Shown piece by piece: positions 18,505 through 26,610 of a stretch of 64,000 nt of DNA. Position 1 is the first letter of the stretch, and each line of letters opens with the position of its first letter. Origin of the DNA: an uncultured Spirochaetaceae bacterium (GTDB lineage Bacteria; Spirochaetota; Spirochaetia; Sphaerochaetales; Sphaerochaetaceae); the NCBI GenBank assembly GCA_964589355.1, contig CAZPTG010000001.1, positions 31-64,030 on the forward strand. The letters are read 5' to 3'. A program made the translations under genes and the position numbers. The notes below the pieces were generated by a model that did no database searches, was not told the DNA's origin, and was given only the letters and a program-made list of their open reading frames with translations.

Positions 18505-18927
18505 CTACTTATTTTCAGATTTGCTTTCCTCTTTGGGTTTATCCTCTTTGGGAGCTTTTTCCTCGAGAACTACTTCAGAAGCAATAGGTTTTTGTTTGCT
18601 ATTGCTCTCCGGGGGATCTACAAGTATAAAGGATACCCTATCACCAGCTTCAAGATTTGGTACCTTACCATCTTTGTAAGCCATAATTTGGGAATGGTGC
18701 ATAAAGATATCATTACCTTCTTCTTGCTTTTCACCATCCATCTGGATAAAACCAAATCCTTTCTTCTTTTTGTCGTTCCATACTACCGTACCAAAGACCG
18801 TATCATCCTCAGCGTTAGCAGTTTGGGTGTTGTCTGAACCAGAAGCTTCTGTAGCTTCATTTTCCACTGTAGTTGCAGTTTCTTGTTCCTGTACTTCATC
18901 TTGTACTTTCTTTTTGCTTTTAGCCAT
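18505..18927 (-). CDS. cold-shock domain protein with acidic N- and C-terminal extensions
   Basis: FGTVVWNDKKKKGFGFIQMDG...DIFMHHSQI...GDRVSF matches the CspA-type RNP1/RNP2 pattern. Confidence 0.8.
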   Translation of the reverse strand: MAKSKKKVQDEVQEQETATTVENEATEASGSDNTQTANAEDDTVFGTVVWNDKKKKGFGFIQMDGEKQEEGNDIFMHHSQIMAYKDGKVPNLEAGDRVSFILVDPPESNSKQKPIASEVVLEEKAPKEDKPKEESKSENK

Positions 18928-18964
18928 TTTTTTAAATTGTTTAGTTGGTTAATAATTCTTAAGG

Positions 18965-19465
18965 TTAAACAGCTTGATCATCAGTGTAGGTTTCCCCATC
19001 ACCTAATTTTTCAAGCCAATCTTCGAGAAATTGAGATACTTTATTTCCAGCATCTATCTGAACTTTGACCATTTTAACTTTTTCTTCAAGGTCAGATAAC
19101 TCCTTTTTCTTTTCAGATACTGCATACCTGTTTTGTTCCAGGGACTTCTCATTGAGATCCCACGCATCTTCTATTGCGGAATCTTTGTCTGTGTAAATCG
19201 ATTCTTTGTTGATATCGAAAGACATTTCAAATATCTTATGGTCTCCTTCTATCTCTCCTTTAGACATAATAGACTCGACGATATCTTTTCGATTTACTAC
19301 AACTTTGTTGCCGTCTAAGACAACAGATACTACTCTTATACCCTTTGGATCATACCAGGTAGTCCTTATCAACTTGTTGTCATTGTCTACAACCTCTTCT
19401 TGTAGAAAATATACTATTTCTCCAAGCGATAAAACACTACTGGGTTTGCTAGCTCCTCTTTTCAT
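18965..19465 (-). CDS. hypothetical protein (166 aa)
   Basis: ORF on the coding strand. Confidence 0.55.
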   Translation of the reverse strand: MKRGASKPSSVLSLGEIVYFLQEEVVDNDNKLIRTTWYDPKGIRVVSVVLDGNKVVVNRKDIVESIMSKGEIEGDHKIFEMSFDINKESIYTDKDSAIEDAWDLNEKSLEQNRYAVSEKKKELSDLEEKVKMVKVQIDAGNKVSQFLEDWLEKLGDGETYTDDQAV

Positions 19466-19776
19466 TTTGCATAATTTTGGTTAGTAATCTTGTTTAAAAA
19501 CTTTAAAAGTTTCTTGTCTTGAATAACGGGCCCTAATCTGATGTTATTATCTTCATCTTTTATGTAGACTATTCTCCATTTAGTCTGCTTATGACCCGCT
19601 GTCTCTTTCCAAGCTGAGATCCCCCTGTCTTTTTGAAAGATCTTTTCTATTGGTATTTTGATCCCTAGTACTTTTTTAGCTTTGTACAGAATATTGCGCT
19701 GTATCAAATGTACTAAGGTACCTTCAGCTTTTATGCTTATTATAGGTATTAGATATTTATACTTTTTTACCTTCAT
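19462..19776 (-). CDS. hypothetical protein (104 aa)
   Basis: ORF on the coding strand, first gene after the terminator at 19790-19830. Confidence 0.55.
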   Translation of the reverse strand: MKVKKYKYLIPIISIKAEGTLVHLIQRNILYKAKKVLGIKIPIEKIFQKDRGISAWKETAGHKQTKWRIVYIKDEDNNIRLGPVIQDKKLLKFLNKITNQNYAK

Positions 19777-19789
19777 TTTTTAATAGTTT

Positions 19790-19830
19790 AAAAGGACTGG
19801 GGAGCTGGGACTTTCTTAAGCCCCAGTCCT
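19790..19830 (-). terminator. intrinsic terminator closing the 1.3-kb ORF-free island
   Basis: AGGACTGGGG-18 nt-CCCCAGTCCT, a 10-bp stem, followed on the minus strand by TTTTAAAC. Confidence 0.6.
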
Positions 19831-21088
19831 ATTTCCTTACTTAATATTAAGCTATGATTCAATGAAGTCATCCACCCAAGCTTTTAAAATGCACTTGGTA
19901 CCTCATGAACCACATCCACTCACAACCTCCTTAGCTTAATACTCTTATAGTCACTATTAGTCAGTCTCTTGCTGTGGTTAGGCAAGAAATACACTGACAT
20001 TTATTTGGGTATATATTATACAACAGCCTAACGGCTCCGTTGTAAACCCTTGTTTACTATTTGAATTTTGTAGAACTGTTAGAGGTCTGTTCTACTCTAG
20101 GGACTTAACTTTGTTCTCCACACTTACGGTTACCTGCTAAGTTTAAAGACCCTCTGTCCTACAGAGTATCGCATCATAAGTAGCTCCAAGCAAATATAAC
20201 TGGAAATGGCTGCATCAGTTATAAAGCGCACTACCATGATACTGGGCGGCATTACCGCCTCATTGATGTATGTATCCTCCACATTACTCGATGGTTGAAA
20301 CTGATAGGGATTGCGACCTATCGCAGGCTATTTATCAAACTTATTCCTAAGCCCCAACTTGACGATTCATGCTTCAGATCTTGGCTAGGGCGTATAACAT
20401 GTAGCTTCTTACCATACAAACGGTGAAGCACACGTATCCATCCCTCCTCCTCTTACCCCAGCCGAAATCACAGACGACAGTTCATATTTCGCTACTGCGG
20501 CTTGAACTACACCACTTTACTGGGGGATAAATTATCTACTCTGTACTCGGTACTCAAGGTCTATACAACGACTCTAAGGAATTTGGACCCCCCGTTACTA
20601 ACTTAATTCAAAGTTAAGTGTTCACTTGGCCTATTTACTAGGTAGCATCATCGTAGTCTTCTGGTGTTTCCAGCCCCACTGTATACAGTATATACAGCCC
20701 CGTATTCAGTTACTTCTTAGTTCAACCTTTTCGTAAAGGGAAGTGCGAGCATGCATAAGCTCTTAAGGGTAATACCCACACACTTAAGAGTACGGATTTG
20801 ACCATGGGTTGCGTTAGACCTATTTACCTTAATGTATCCATCGGGTCTGCCAGTTCCTCAGAGTGCGCTTAAATCAATAATTGGAACCCATCTTCCTAGG
20901 ATACTTCATAAGGAGAGTAGTTTTGTAGATATTGAGTAGCTAATAGGTAGTAGGCATTGTCCTTGGTATTCCCAACATTGCCGAATCCAAAGGCGGTAGG
21001 GTGAAGGTTCTCTCAAGAACTGCTACAAAAATTGAAGCCGAAATAGGCTCGCACCTAAATCGACTCAAACCACAAAAAATATTATGTG
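19831..21088 (-). ncRNA. large ORF-free, GC-enriched segment; candidate structured RNA of unknown class (strand inferred)
   Basis: No ORF of 60 aa or more on either strand across 1.26 kb. One sampled 60-mer is about 43% GC, against roughly one-third in the coding flanks. Many local hairpins, and a terminator on the minus strand at its end. Confidence 0.45.
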
Positions 21089-21613
21089 CTACCTTGGCCA
21101 GGTTTCAGACATTATAGCCAAGGCTTTTATTTTATCGAAGGTGAACCCGGTATAGCTGGGACCTCTTGCCATGATCTGTTTAGCTCTTACATTGTTAGCT
21201 GGTTCTATTTTACCACTATCAAGTAGTAGTAAATGGGGTATAAGTTCACCTTGTTCAGTTACTTCCGTCAGTTCTACATACCCAGTTTCAATATCTTTAT
21301 TGTGTAAGGGCACTAGCTCTGATGGTTTTTCTTGAAATGTTTTATTGGTTAGCTTAATCATTCTTACCATCAAGGATCTACTTCTCCTTGTTAAGCTTTT
21401 TCTTCTAGCATCTATCTCGCTTATGAGTAAACTCATATTGTTGATAGTACTAGAAGCTCTTGTAAACTTGGAGTTTTGACAGGTTGAACGTATTAAATAA
21501 ATGTCGTTAAATAACCGTAACCTTAAGCTCCTGAGCTCGTTGATACGCACGCTTACGAGTATTAACTCTATTGCGTCGTGTGAAGTGTTTCTTTCTTTTT
21601 TACTTTTTGACAT
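21089..21613 (-). CDS. hypothetical protein (174 aa)
   Basis: ORF on the coding strand. Confidence 0.55.
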   Translation of the reverse strand: MSKSKKERNTSHDAIELILVSVRINELRSLRLRLFNDIYLIRSTCQNSKFTRASSTINNMSLLISEIDARRKSLTRRSRSLMVRMIKLTNKTFQEKPSELVPLHNKDIETGYVELTEVTEQGELIPHLLLLDSGKIEPANNVRAKQIMARGPSYTGFTFDKIKALAIMSETWPR

Positions 21614-21628
21614 AATATGTTACTTAGG

Positions 21629-22687
21629 TTAAACTTTATTTCTTTGATATTTGCCTGATACAGGGTTGTTATTGAAATACCACTTCATCTCCCTTTCTTT
21701 GTTGTGAATGATATCGTAGATAGGTCTCCACTTCTCTACATCACTTAAGAAGCATACAAACCTATTGCTATGCCATAGCTCATTAGGCTTATTCTTATGT
21801 CTTTTGGCATAGCCCTCTTCTACATCTACACCATTACAATTATGTACCGTGTATCTAGCATAAACATAGGTATTTACAGGTATCTTTTCTGTGCCCCATT
21901 TATTAGCTTTTTCAACTAAAGGAGCTATTTCCTGATCGCTTAGTTGTATAGCATTGAGTAATTCGGGCTTAGGCAATTTACCATGCTTTTTAGTGTACTT
22001 TTTCCTGAATTCTCTTCTCTTTTTATTAAGCAGCTGAGTTTTTAGTTCAGCTACCCTTCTGGCTGTTTTAGCTTCTTTTAAAGAACTTGAGGGTTCTAAT
22101 ATATTGAATTGCTCTTTAACTAAGTTGATAAACCTGTAAGCTCTTTCTGCAGGATATTCAACATCCCTAAAATGGAACTTAGTTAATAATGTAACCAATT
22201 CGCCCCTTAGACCTTTTTCAAGTAGTTCTATAATTTCAGAACGTAAGCTAGTTACAAATGGAGGTTCACTTTCACGTATTTGCCTTTTTTTGCTAAGTAC
22301 AGCTGCTTCTTCTTCCCGTAATTTCATACCTACTTTTTTGCTAATGAATTCAGCTTCATCATTAACTATTTCAGCATTAGGGATTTCACTTTTACCAGCT
22401 TCTTTAGCTTTACTTACCTCACTTTTAATATTAGCTGGATTAAGAGCTACAAAATTCTTTTTAATCCATTCAGGACCAAATCCTAGGGTATTGCTTAACC
22501 CCTCTTGAATAAGCAATTCAGCGTAGCTTTCAGCTTCAGCAGCTTTCAGTTTGTACATATGCATGGCACTCATATCACTTTGGTTGTTGCCATGATTCCA
22601 ATACCTGTCTTCAAAACGGACAGCCATTTTGTAAAAGTATTCGGCTGCATCAAATAATTCCGATGCAGAAGCATTGTATTTGTTCAT
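21629..22687 (-). CDS. hypothetical protein (352 aa)
   Basis: Long ORF on the coding strand. Confidence 0.65.
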   Translation of the reverse strand: MNKYNASASELFDAAEYFYKMAVRFEDRYWNHGNNQSDMSAMHMYKLKAAEAESYAELLIQEGLSNTLGFGPEWIKKNFVALNPANIKSEVSKAKEAGKSEIPNAEIVNDEAEFISKKVGMKLREEEAAVLSKKRQIRESEPPFVTSLRSEIIELLEKGLRGELVTLLTKFHFRDVEYPAERAYRFINLVKEQFNILEPSSSLKEAKTARRVAELKTQLLNKKRREFRKKYTKKHGKLPKPELLNAIQLSDQEIAPLVEKANKWGTEKIPVNTYVYARYTVHNCNGVDVEEGYAKRHKNKPNELWHSNRFVCFLSDVEKWRPIYDIIHNKEREMKWYFNNNPVSGKYQRNKV

Positions 22688-22708
22688 TTTAATCGGTTTT
22701 TTCAGGGT

Positions 22709-23257
22709 TTATAGAACTTTCTTAATCACCATATCGATTTTATTTCGATCTTCAGGTGAATTTGAAAAGACAAACTTGACAATTCTGTCTCTACCCCTGT
22801 CGTCTTTTCTTGCTTCACTGATTCTTTCCCTGAATTCCTTCATACCAAACTTACTAAGCGTATTAATGATATTATACGCCTCTTCTGGACTTAACTTATC
22901 ATCTTCTTCAAACAAGTGCTTATGAGAAGCTTTCGTTATAGTTGCAACTTCGTTGATACACTTATCTCTGAAAAGTCTACCTTTACGACTATCTTTGGAT
23001 TCAGTCAAAGAAGCAGTTAGTGTATCAAATAAGTATTTCCTTAAGTACTTTTTGTCTCCTTCAAAGCTGGATGATGCTTTCTTCTTTTCCATATTCTCAA
23101 TTTCTCCGATTAAGGCGGAAAGTGTTGAAAGCTGTTCTCGCAGGGAATTTGCTTCCCTTTTGTTGCCTCTTTTTTTAGCCCTAAAGAAGTCTTTCCGTAA
23201 CTCCAAATATTGATCTTTAAGATCTTGGAGTAGTGTCTTCCTAAATAAGTTATCCAT
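22709..23257 (-). CDS. hypothetical protein (182 aa)
   Basis: ORF on the coding strand. Basic and helical. Confidence 0.6.
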   Translation of the reverse strand: MDNLFRKTLLQDLKDQYLELRKDFFRAKKRGNKREANSLREQLSTLSALIGEIENMEKKKASSSFEGDKKYLRKYLFDTLTASLTESKDSRKGRLFRDKCINEVATITKASHKHLFEEDDKLSPEEAYNIINTLSKFGMKEFRERISEARKDDRGRDRIVKFVFSNSPEDRNKIDMVIKKVL

Positions 23258-23282
23258 GTTTGGTTAGTTTTAATGGTTAAAG

Positions 23283-23308
23283 AAAAAGGGGGACTATTAA
23301 TGTCCCCC
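23283..23308 (-). terminator. intrinsic terminator closing the intron-containing ORF-free region
   Basis: The minus strand reads GGGGGAC-ATTAATA-GTCCCCC followed by TTTTTCT. Confidence 0.75.
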
Positions 23309-23782
23309 AAGACTCACCGATTAAGCAGCTGCTCTAAGCAATTGCATCATTTCAGATTCGCCATTTAAAAATTACTTACACCTTTCGTGCTAACTGGGTA
23401 CCATAACGTCAAAACCAATTAGGCCCCATATTTTTAACGTTGAAAACAAAGGGCAGGTTACACCCCAGGGGCTACCTGAGTTACCAACCTCCGTGAAATT
23501 ATAATATTTTCTCCTCACCTGCCCTACTGCTATCATTGGCAACGGGCTATTTTACTAGCCTGTATCCTATTTCCGATAATCGGATGTTTTTAGTATTAGC
23601 TTCTACCTTAAGAACATTTCTTAGATACTTTTGTATCTCCTTCTTACGTCTCTTTTTCTCCTTCCGTGGTAGTTTTAATGCTTTCATAATACAGTGTTTA
23701 GATAAGTGGAGCCTTCGGGACAATAGTTAAAACATCTGGAACAGTAACATTTCAAACCTGCGTCCGTATATTCAATAAAAAT
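23309..23782 (-). ncRNA. ORF-free, GC-enriched structured segment between the LAGLIDADG gene and the terminator
   Basis: No credible ORF. Has a long-range 8-bp pairing, GGGCAGGT...ACCTGCCC, and several hairpins. Could be the distal part of the group I intron, or a 3' exon RNA. Confidence 0.35.
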
Positions 23783-24178
23783 ATGGGTTGGGAATATATT
23801 ACAGGTTTCTTTGATGCTGACGGCACGATAACATTTTTACGTTTACATAAGAATTGCGAAAGATCACCTGTTATTTCTTTTAGTAATAACGAATATGACC
23901 TACTTGTGGAAATAGAAAAATTTATTAAACTTGAAACAGGTCATAATGGATTCATTTGTACTAAAAAATCAGGTGATTTTACTAATTATGAGCTGAGGTA
24001 TACTTATTTACCTAAATGTATAAACGTACTATCTTACATAAATTCCAGACATCCCAAGAAGCGTAGACGTATAGATATGATACTTAACGAATTGAAGAGT
24101 ATAACACCTCGTAATGGTAAATATACAAAAGAAACCTTATCAAAACGTCAAGAATTTACATCTCGCTTCTTCTCCTAA
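23783..24178 (+). CDS. LAGLIDADG homing endonuclease (single-motif type)
   Basis: 131 aa. The N-terminal ITGFFDADGTITF is a LAGLIDADG motif. It is the only plus-strand gene in the leftward module, and its stop lies inside the P9 hairpin of the antisense group I core. Confidence 0.8.
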   Translation: MGWEYITGFFDADGTITFLRLHKNCERSPVISFSNNEYDLLVEIEKFIKLETGHNGFICTKKSGDFTNYELRYTYLPKCINVLSYINSRHPKKRRRIDMILNELKSITPRNGKYTKETLSKRQEFTSRFFS

Positions 24179-24395
24179 TTTCTCAGGAGTATCGGACTAT
24201 CTCTTCACTTTTAAGTGCTGGGCGCTCTAGCCTGTATTCAGGTAGTCTCTGCACCTTCCCTCTTAAGGGCTTGGCTCAGGGTTGCCTTATCATTGTGACT
24301 TAGGTTTCCCTGAATTCACCCAGTTTAACTTCGACCTTTTGATCGAACCCGAGTCCGCTAAAGCCCTAGCTAGCAGCGTAAGTAAATCGTTTGTT
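24172..24395 (-). ncRNA. group I intron catalytic core (IC3-like)
   Basis: The minus strand carries P = AATTCAGGGAAAC, Q = AACCCTGAGC (P4 CAGGG/CCCTG), R = GGTGCAGAGACTAC and S = AAGAGATAGTCC (P7 GACTA/TAGTC). It also has P3 CTGGGTG/CGCCCAG, P8 CACTT-AA-AAGTG, P2 TTCGATC-AAAA-GGTCGAA and P9 CTCCT-GAGAAATT-AGGAG, all in canonical order. Confidence 0.8.
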
Positions 24396-24402
24396 AGTTA
24401 AG

Positions 24403-24846
24403 TTAGGTTATAAGGTTACTATATCCCTTAGTCTTTAACATTTCCCATTCTCTATAACATAGTCCTCTTTTGTGTGGATCCTTTATTTTACTTACCGGCA
24501 TTAAGTATCCCTCATGGACTGGTAGTACTATTTTACGACCGTAAAAGAATAAAGAATCTAAGCTATCTTCTTTATATGCTTCAGATAGCTCTAATACACT
24601 CTTAAGAAAATGTGTCTTGTTATAGAGTATGACTGCTCTTGGTACTTCTATTAAATGGTGTTCTTCACCAAATAAGCTACCAAAAGCATTGCTAACATTA
24701 GAGAAATGTAGCATCTTTTCTTTGTAGCTACACGCTACCTTACTTATTGAAGGTACATATTCTCCAATAAAGTCGGGCATGTCAATAATTACTAAACTGC
24801 CCTTACTTATTTTGTCTTTGCTTTGCTTTGAGTTAGATTTCCACAT
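24403..24846 (-). CDS. hypothetical protein (147 aa); possible 5' exon of the intron-bearing gene
   Basis: ORF on the coding strand whose stop lies a few nt upstream of the intron core. Confidence 0.5.
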   Translation of the reverse strand: MWKSNSKQSKDKISKGSLVIIDMPDFIGEYVPSISKVACSYKEKMLHFSNVSNAFGSLFGEEHHLIEVPRAVILYNKTHFLKSVLELSEAYKEDSLDSLFFYGRKIVLPVHEGYLMPVSKIKDPHKRGLCYREWEMLKTKGYSNLIT

Positions 24847-24849
24847 GTC

Positions 24850-25107
24850 TTAGCTCCTTTTAACGCTTAATAATCTTACTGAGTTAGATTTCCATCGGAT
24901 TTTCTTAAAAAATACTTCAGGCAGTTTCTTTTCGATCTCTTTGAATAGCTCGCTACTTATATTGAGATCCAAAGGCTCTTTCTTATTACTACTGTCGGCG
25001 TCTTTTCCCATGCTATCTTTTGAGGATAAGACCCTAAATGTCTTTTTCTTCCCATTTAACAGTAAGACTAAGATGTCTCCCCTGTTAAGGGCATAACGTT
25101 TTTCCAT
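24850..25107 (-). CDS. hypothetical protein (85 aa)
   Basis: ORF on the coding strand. Confidence 0.5.
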   Translation of the reverse strand: MEKRYALNRGDILVLLLNGKKKTFRVLSSKDSMGKDADSSNKKEPLDLNISSELFKEIEKKLPEVFFKKIRWKSNSVRLLSVKRS

Positions 25108-25110
25108 ACT

Positions 25111-25278
25111 TTAGGATATTATTAAAGTTAATATTAGTATTACTACTGTAGCTAAAATTGCTACAATACCTACTACTTTTCTCGTTGAGGCTTCCTCCTT
25201 AGTCCCGTAAGGTAATAAGGCATAGCCCATTAAACTTAGGAATGCCATTGTTACAAGGAATGCAATTAATGCTGACAT
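25111..25278 (-). CDS. small membrane protein (55 aa)
   Basis: The start was moved to Met15 (25278) because the longer ORF would overlap the tRNA-like gene and the AAACCACAAAA box lies 9 nt upstream. Two hydrophobic segments. Confidence 0.5.
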   Translation of the reverse strand: MSALIAFLVTMAFLSLMGYALLPYGTKEEASTRKVVGIVAILATVVILILTLIIS

Positions 25279-25313
25279 AATATTTAATTTTTGTGGTTTG
25301 TAAATAAAAATAG

Positions 25314-25506
25314 TAGCCATACTGGGACTCGAACCCAGATCTCCCTATAATTTATTAGGGGCTCTTCCGCTACTCGGACTCTGCGTGAGGTGGCCTAGAA
25401 TGGATTGGATTTTAAGTCCAAATAAGTTCCATTCTCCTCTGCATATCCTTGGGGGTTACAGCCGATTCCTAGGAACTTGAGTGTAACACTTTTGAGCTAT
25501 ATGGCT
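25314..25506 (-). tRNA. 193-nt tRNA-like gene with a ~115-nt insertion in the D-loop region
   Basis: The 5' part is AGCCATA-TA-GCTC-A. The 3' part is GTAGCGGAA-GAGC-CCCTA-ATAAATTA-TAGGG-AGAT-CTGGG-TTCGAGT-CCCAG-TATGGCT-A. The acceptor is 7/7 and the T arm is canonical, with an 8-nt anticodon-type loop. The insert contains AGAATGGA...TTGGA-CTTAAAA-TCCAA...TCCATTCT. Confidence 0.45.
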
Positions 25507-25511
25507 AACAG

Positions 25512-25631
25512 CAGTCCGTGGAGGAGTCGAACCTCCGTTTCCGTGGGGCAAACCATGGTTGATACTCTAACATAGCTAGTGCATGTATAAAGTATTAACA
25601 GCTCGGCGTCCTACCACTAGACGAACGGACC
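25512..25631 (-). tRNA. 120-nt tRNA-like gene (Asn-type anticodon loop CUGUUAA) with a ~46-nt insertion after the loop
   Basis: The 5' part is GGTCCGT-TC-GTCT-AGTGGTA-GGAC-G-CCGAG-CTGTTAA. After the insert it continues (C)CACGG-AAAC-GGAGG-TTCGACT-CCTCC-ACGGACT-G. The anticodon stem pairs only 4/5. Confidence 0.45.
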
Positions 25632-25751
25632 ATAAGTTAGGGAGACCTGAAGTACGACTGCTGTATGGGCTGGTTACCACCGTGTCGTCGCCGATAGCCC
25701 TGATTGGGCTCCAAGATCTCTCTATATTTTTAACAATTTCATTTTTGTGGT

Positions 25752-25880
25752 TTATCTACAGAAAATCGCTAGTGCTATTAGTGCTATCCACATAATTGCT
25801 CCTAGTATGCATCCGTAGATATCTTGTCCATCATTAGGATCAAATTCTCTATCTTCGTCTCTTGATTGTTCCCAATCCAT
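25752..25880 (-). CDS. small membrane protein (42 aa)
   Basis: Own translation gives MDWEQSRDEDREFDPNDGQDIYGCILGAIMWIALIALAIFCR. Preceded by the AAACCACAAAA box at 8 nt. Below the ORF-track size cut-off. Confidence 0.45.
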   Translation of the reverse strand: MDWEQSRDEDREFDPNDGQDIYGCILGAIMWIALIALAIFCR

Positions 25881-25898
25881 ATTTTTAATTTTGTGGTT

Positions 25899-26519
25899 TT
25901 ATTTAATAGCTATCAGTACTCTGGCTGATTGCCTATCTTCCTCTTTGTTAGATGTATTAAACTTGTGTTCATCTATTAACTCTTCTATCTCTGTTGAGCC
26001 CCCTAGATGTACAAATACTTGTCCCTTGCGCATCTTCCTGAATAACTCATCAAATGTTTCTCTTGGTTCACCTGTGATATTAAAAGCATAAATAATGTCA
26101 GGATCTAACCTGAGTATTAAGTCTACTCTTTCCTGTACATATCCATTGTATATTTCTAGATGAGGCCTCATTATTGTAGCTATCTTACAAAGATTCCAAT
26201 CAGCTTCTATTCCATAAGTTTTCTTAAATATTATGCTGAATAAGTCTACAAGTAATCCTGTTCCACATCCTAAGTCAATTATGCTTTTACTTAATAAATC
26301 ACTTAAATTCCAACCAACTGTTAGTTGTAACTCTTTGTATATGTCAAATAGATCAAACCACCTTGTAGACATATACCCTGTAACATACCTGGCTCTACTT
26401 ACAAGCGCCATAGGTCCGTCACCTATCGGCTGTCTTAAGCTCATTTCGTACTGACAGTTTTCCTTATATATGAGAAGCTGTCTAAGTATGTCTATTTCTT
26501 TGTTAAAGTTTTTTTTCAT
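25899..26519 (-). CDS. class I SAM-dependent methyltransferase
   Basis: 206 aa. Motif I is IIDLGCGTGLLVDL. Confidence 0.75.
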   Translation of the reverse strand: MKKNFNKEIDILRQLLIYKENCQYEMSLRQPIGDGPMALVSRARYVTGYMSTRWFDLFDIYKELQLTVGWNLSDLLSKSIIDLGCGTGLLVDLFSIIFKKTYGIEADWNLCKIATIMRPHLEIYNGYVQERVDLILRLDPDIIYAFNITGEPRETFDELFRKMRKGQVFVHLGGSTEIEELIDEHKFNTSNKEEDRQSARVLIAIK

Positions 26520-26552
26520 CTTACTTAATTTTTGTGGTTTATTGTATAAGAT

Positions 26553-26610
26553 AAACAGGTAGATCCCACCCTCAATGAGCGCGTATCTGTCAGAATAGAT
26601 CTACCTGTTT
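26553..26610. repeat. 13-bp inverted repeat (aaacaggtagatc / gatctacctgttt) with 32-nt spacer
   Basis: Read directly at 26553-26565 and 26598-26610. Confidence 0.9.

Noticed and set aside
19925-19933. Perfect SD-like TAAGGAGGT on the minus strand (anti-SD-like ACCTCCTTA on plus), followed by a 15-codon ORF inside the RNA island.
   Set aside because: No other gene in the window uses an SD. An isolated 15-codon frame is more likely a chance occurrence within structured RNA.
19831-21088. ORF-less group II intron (GUGCG at 21050-21054 on the minus strand).
   Set aside because: I could not find a domain V-type 34-nt hairpin with the AGC triad and a GNRA loop, nor a plausible domain VI.
23536-23730. 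64-aa plus-strand ORF upstream of the LAGLIDADG gene.
   Set aside because: It lies in the helix-rich, ORF-poor segment and has low-complexity hydrophobic content. It is more likely a chance frame in structured RNA-coding DNA.
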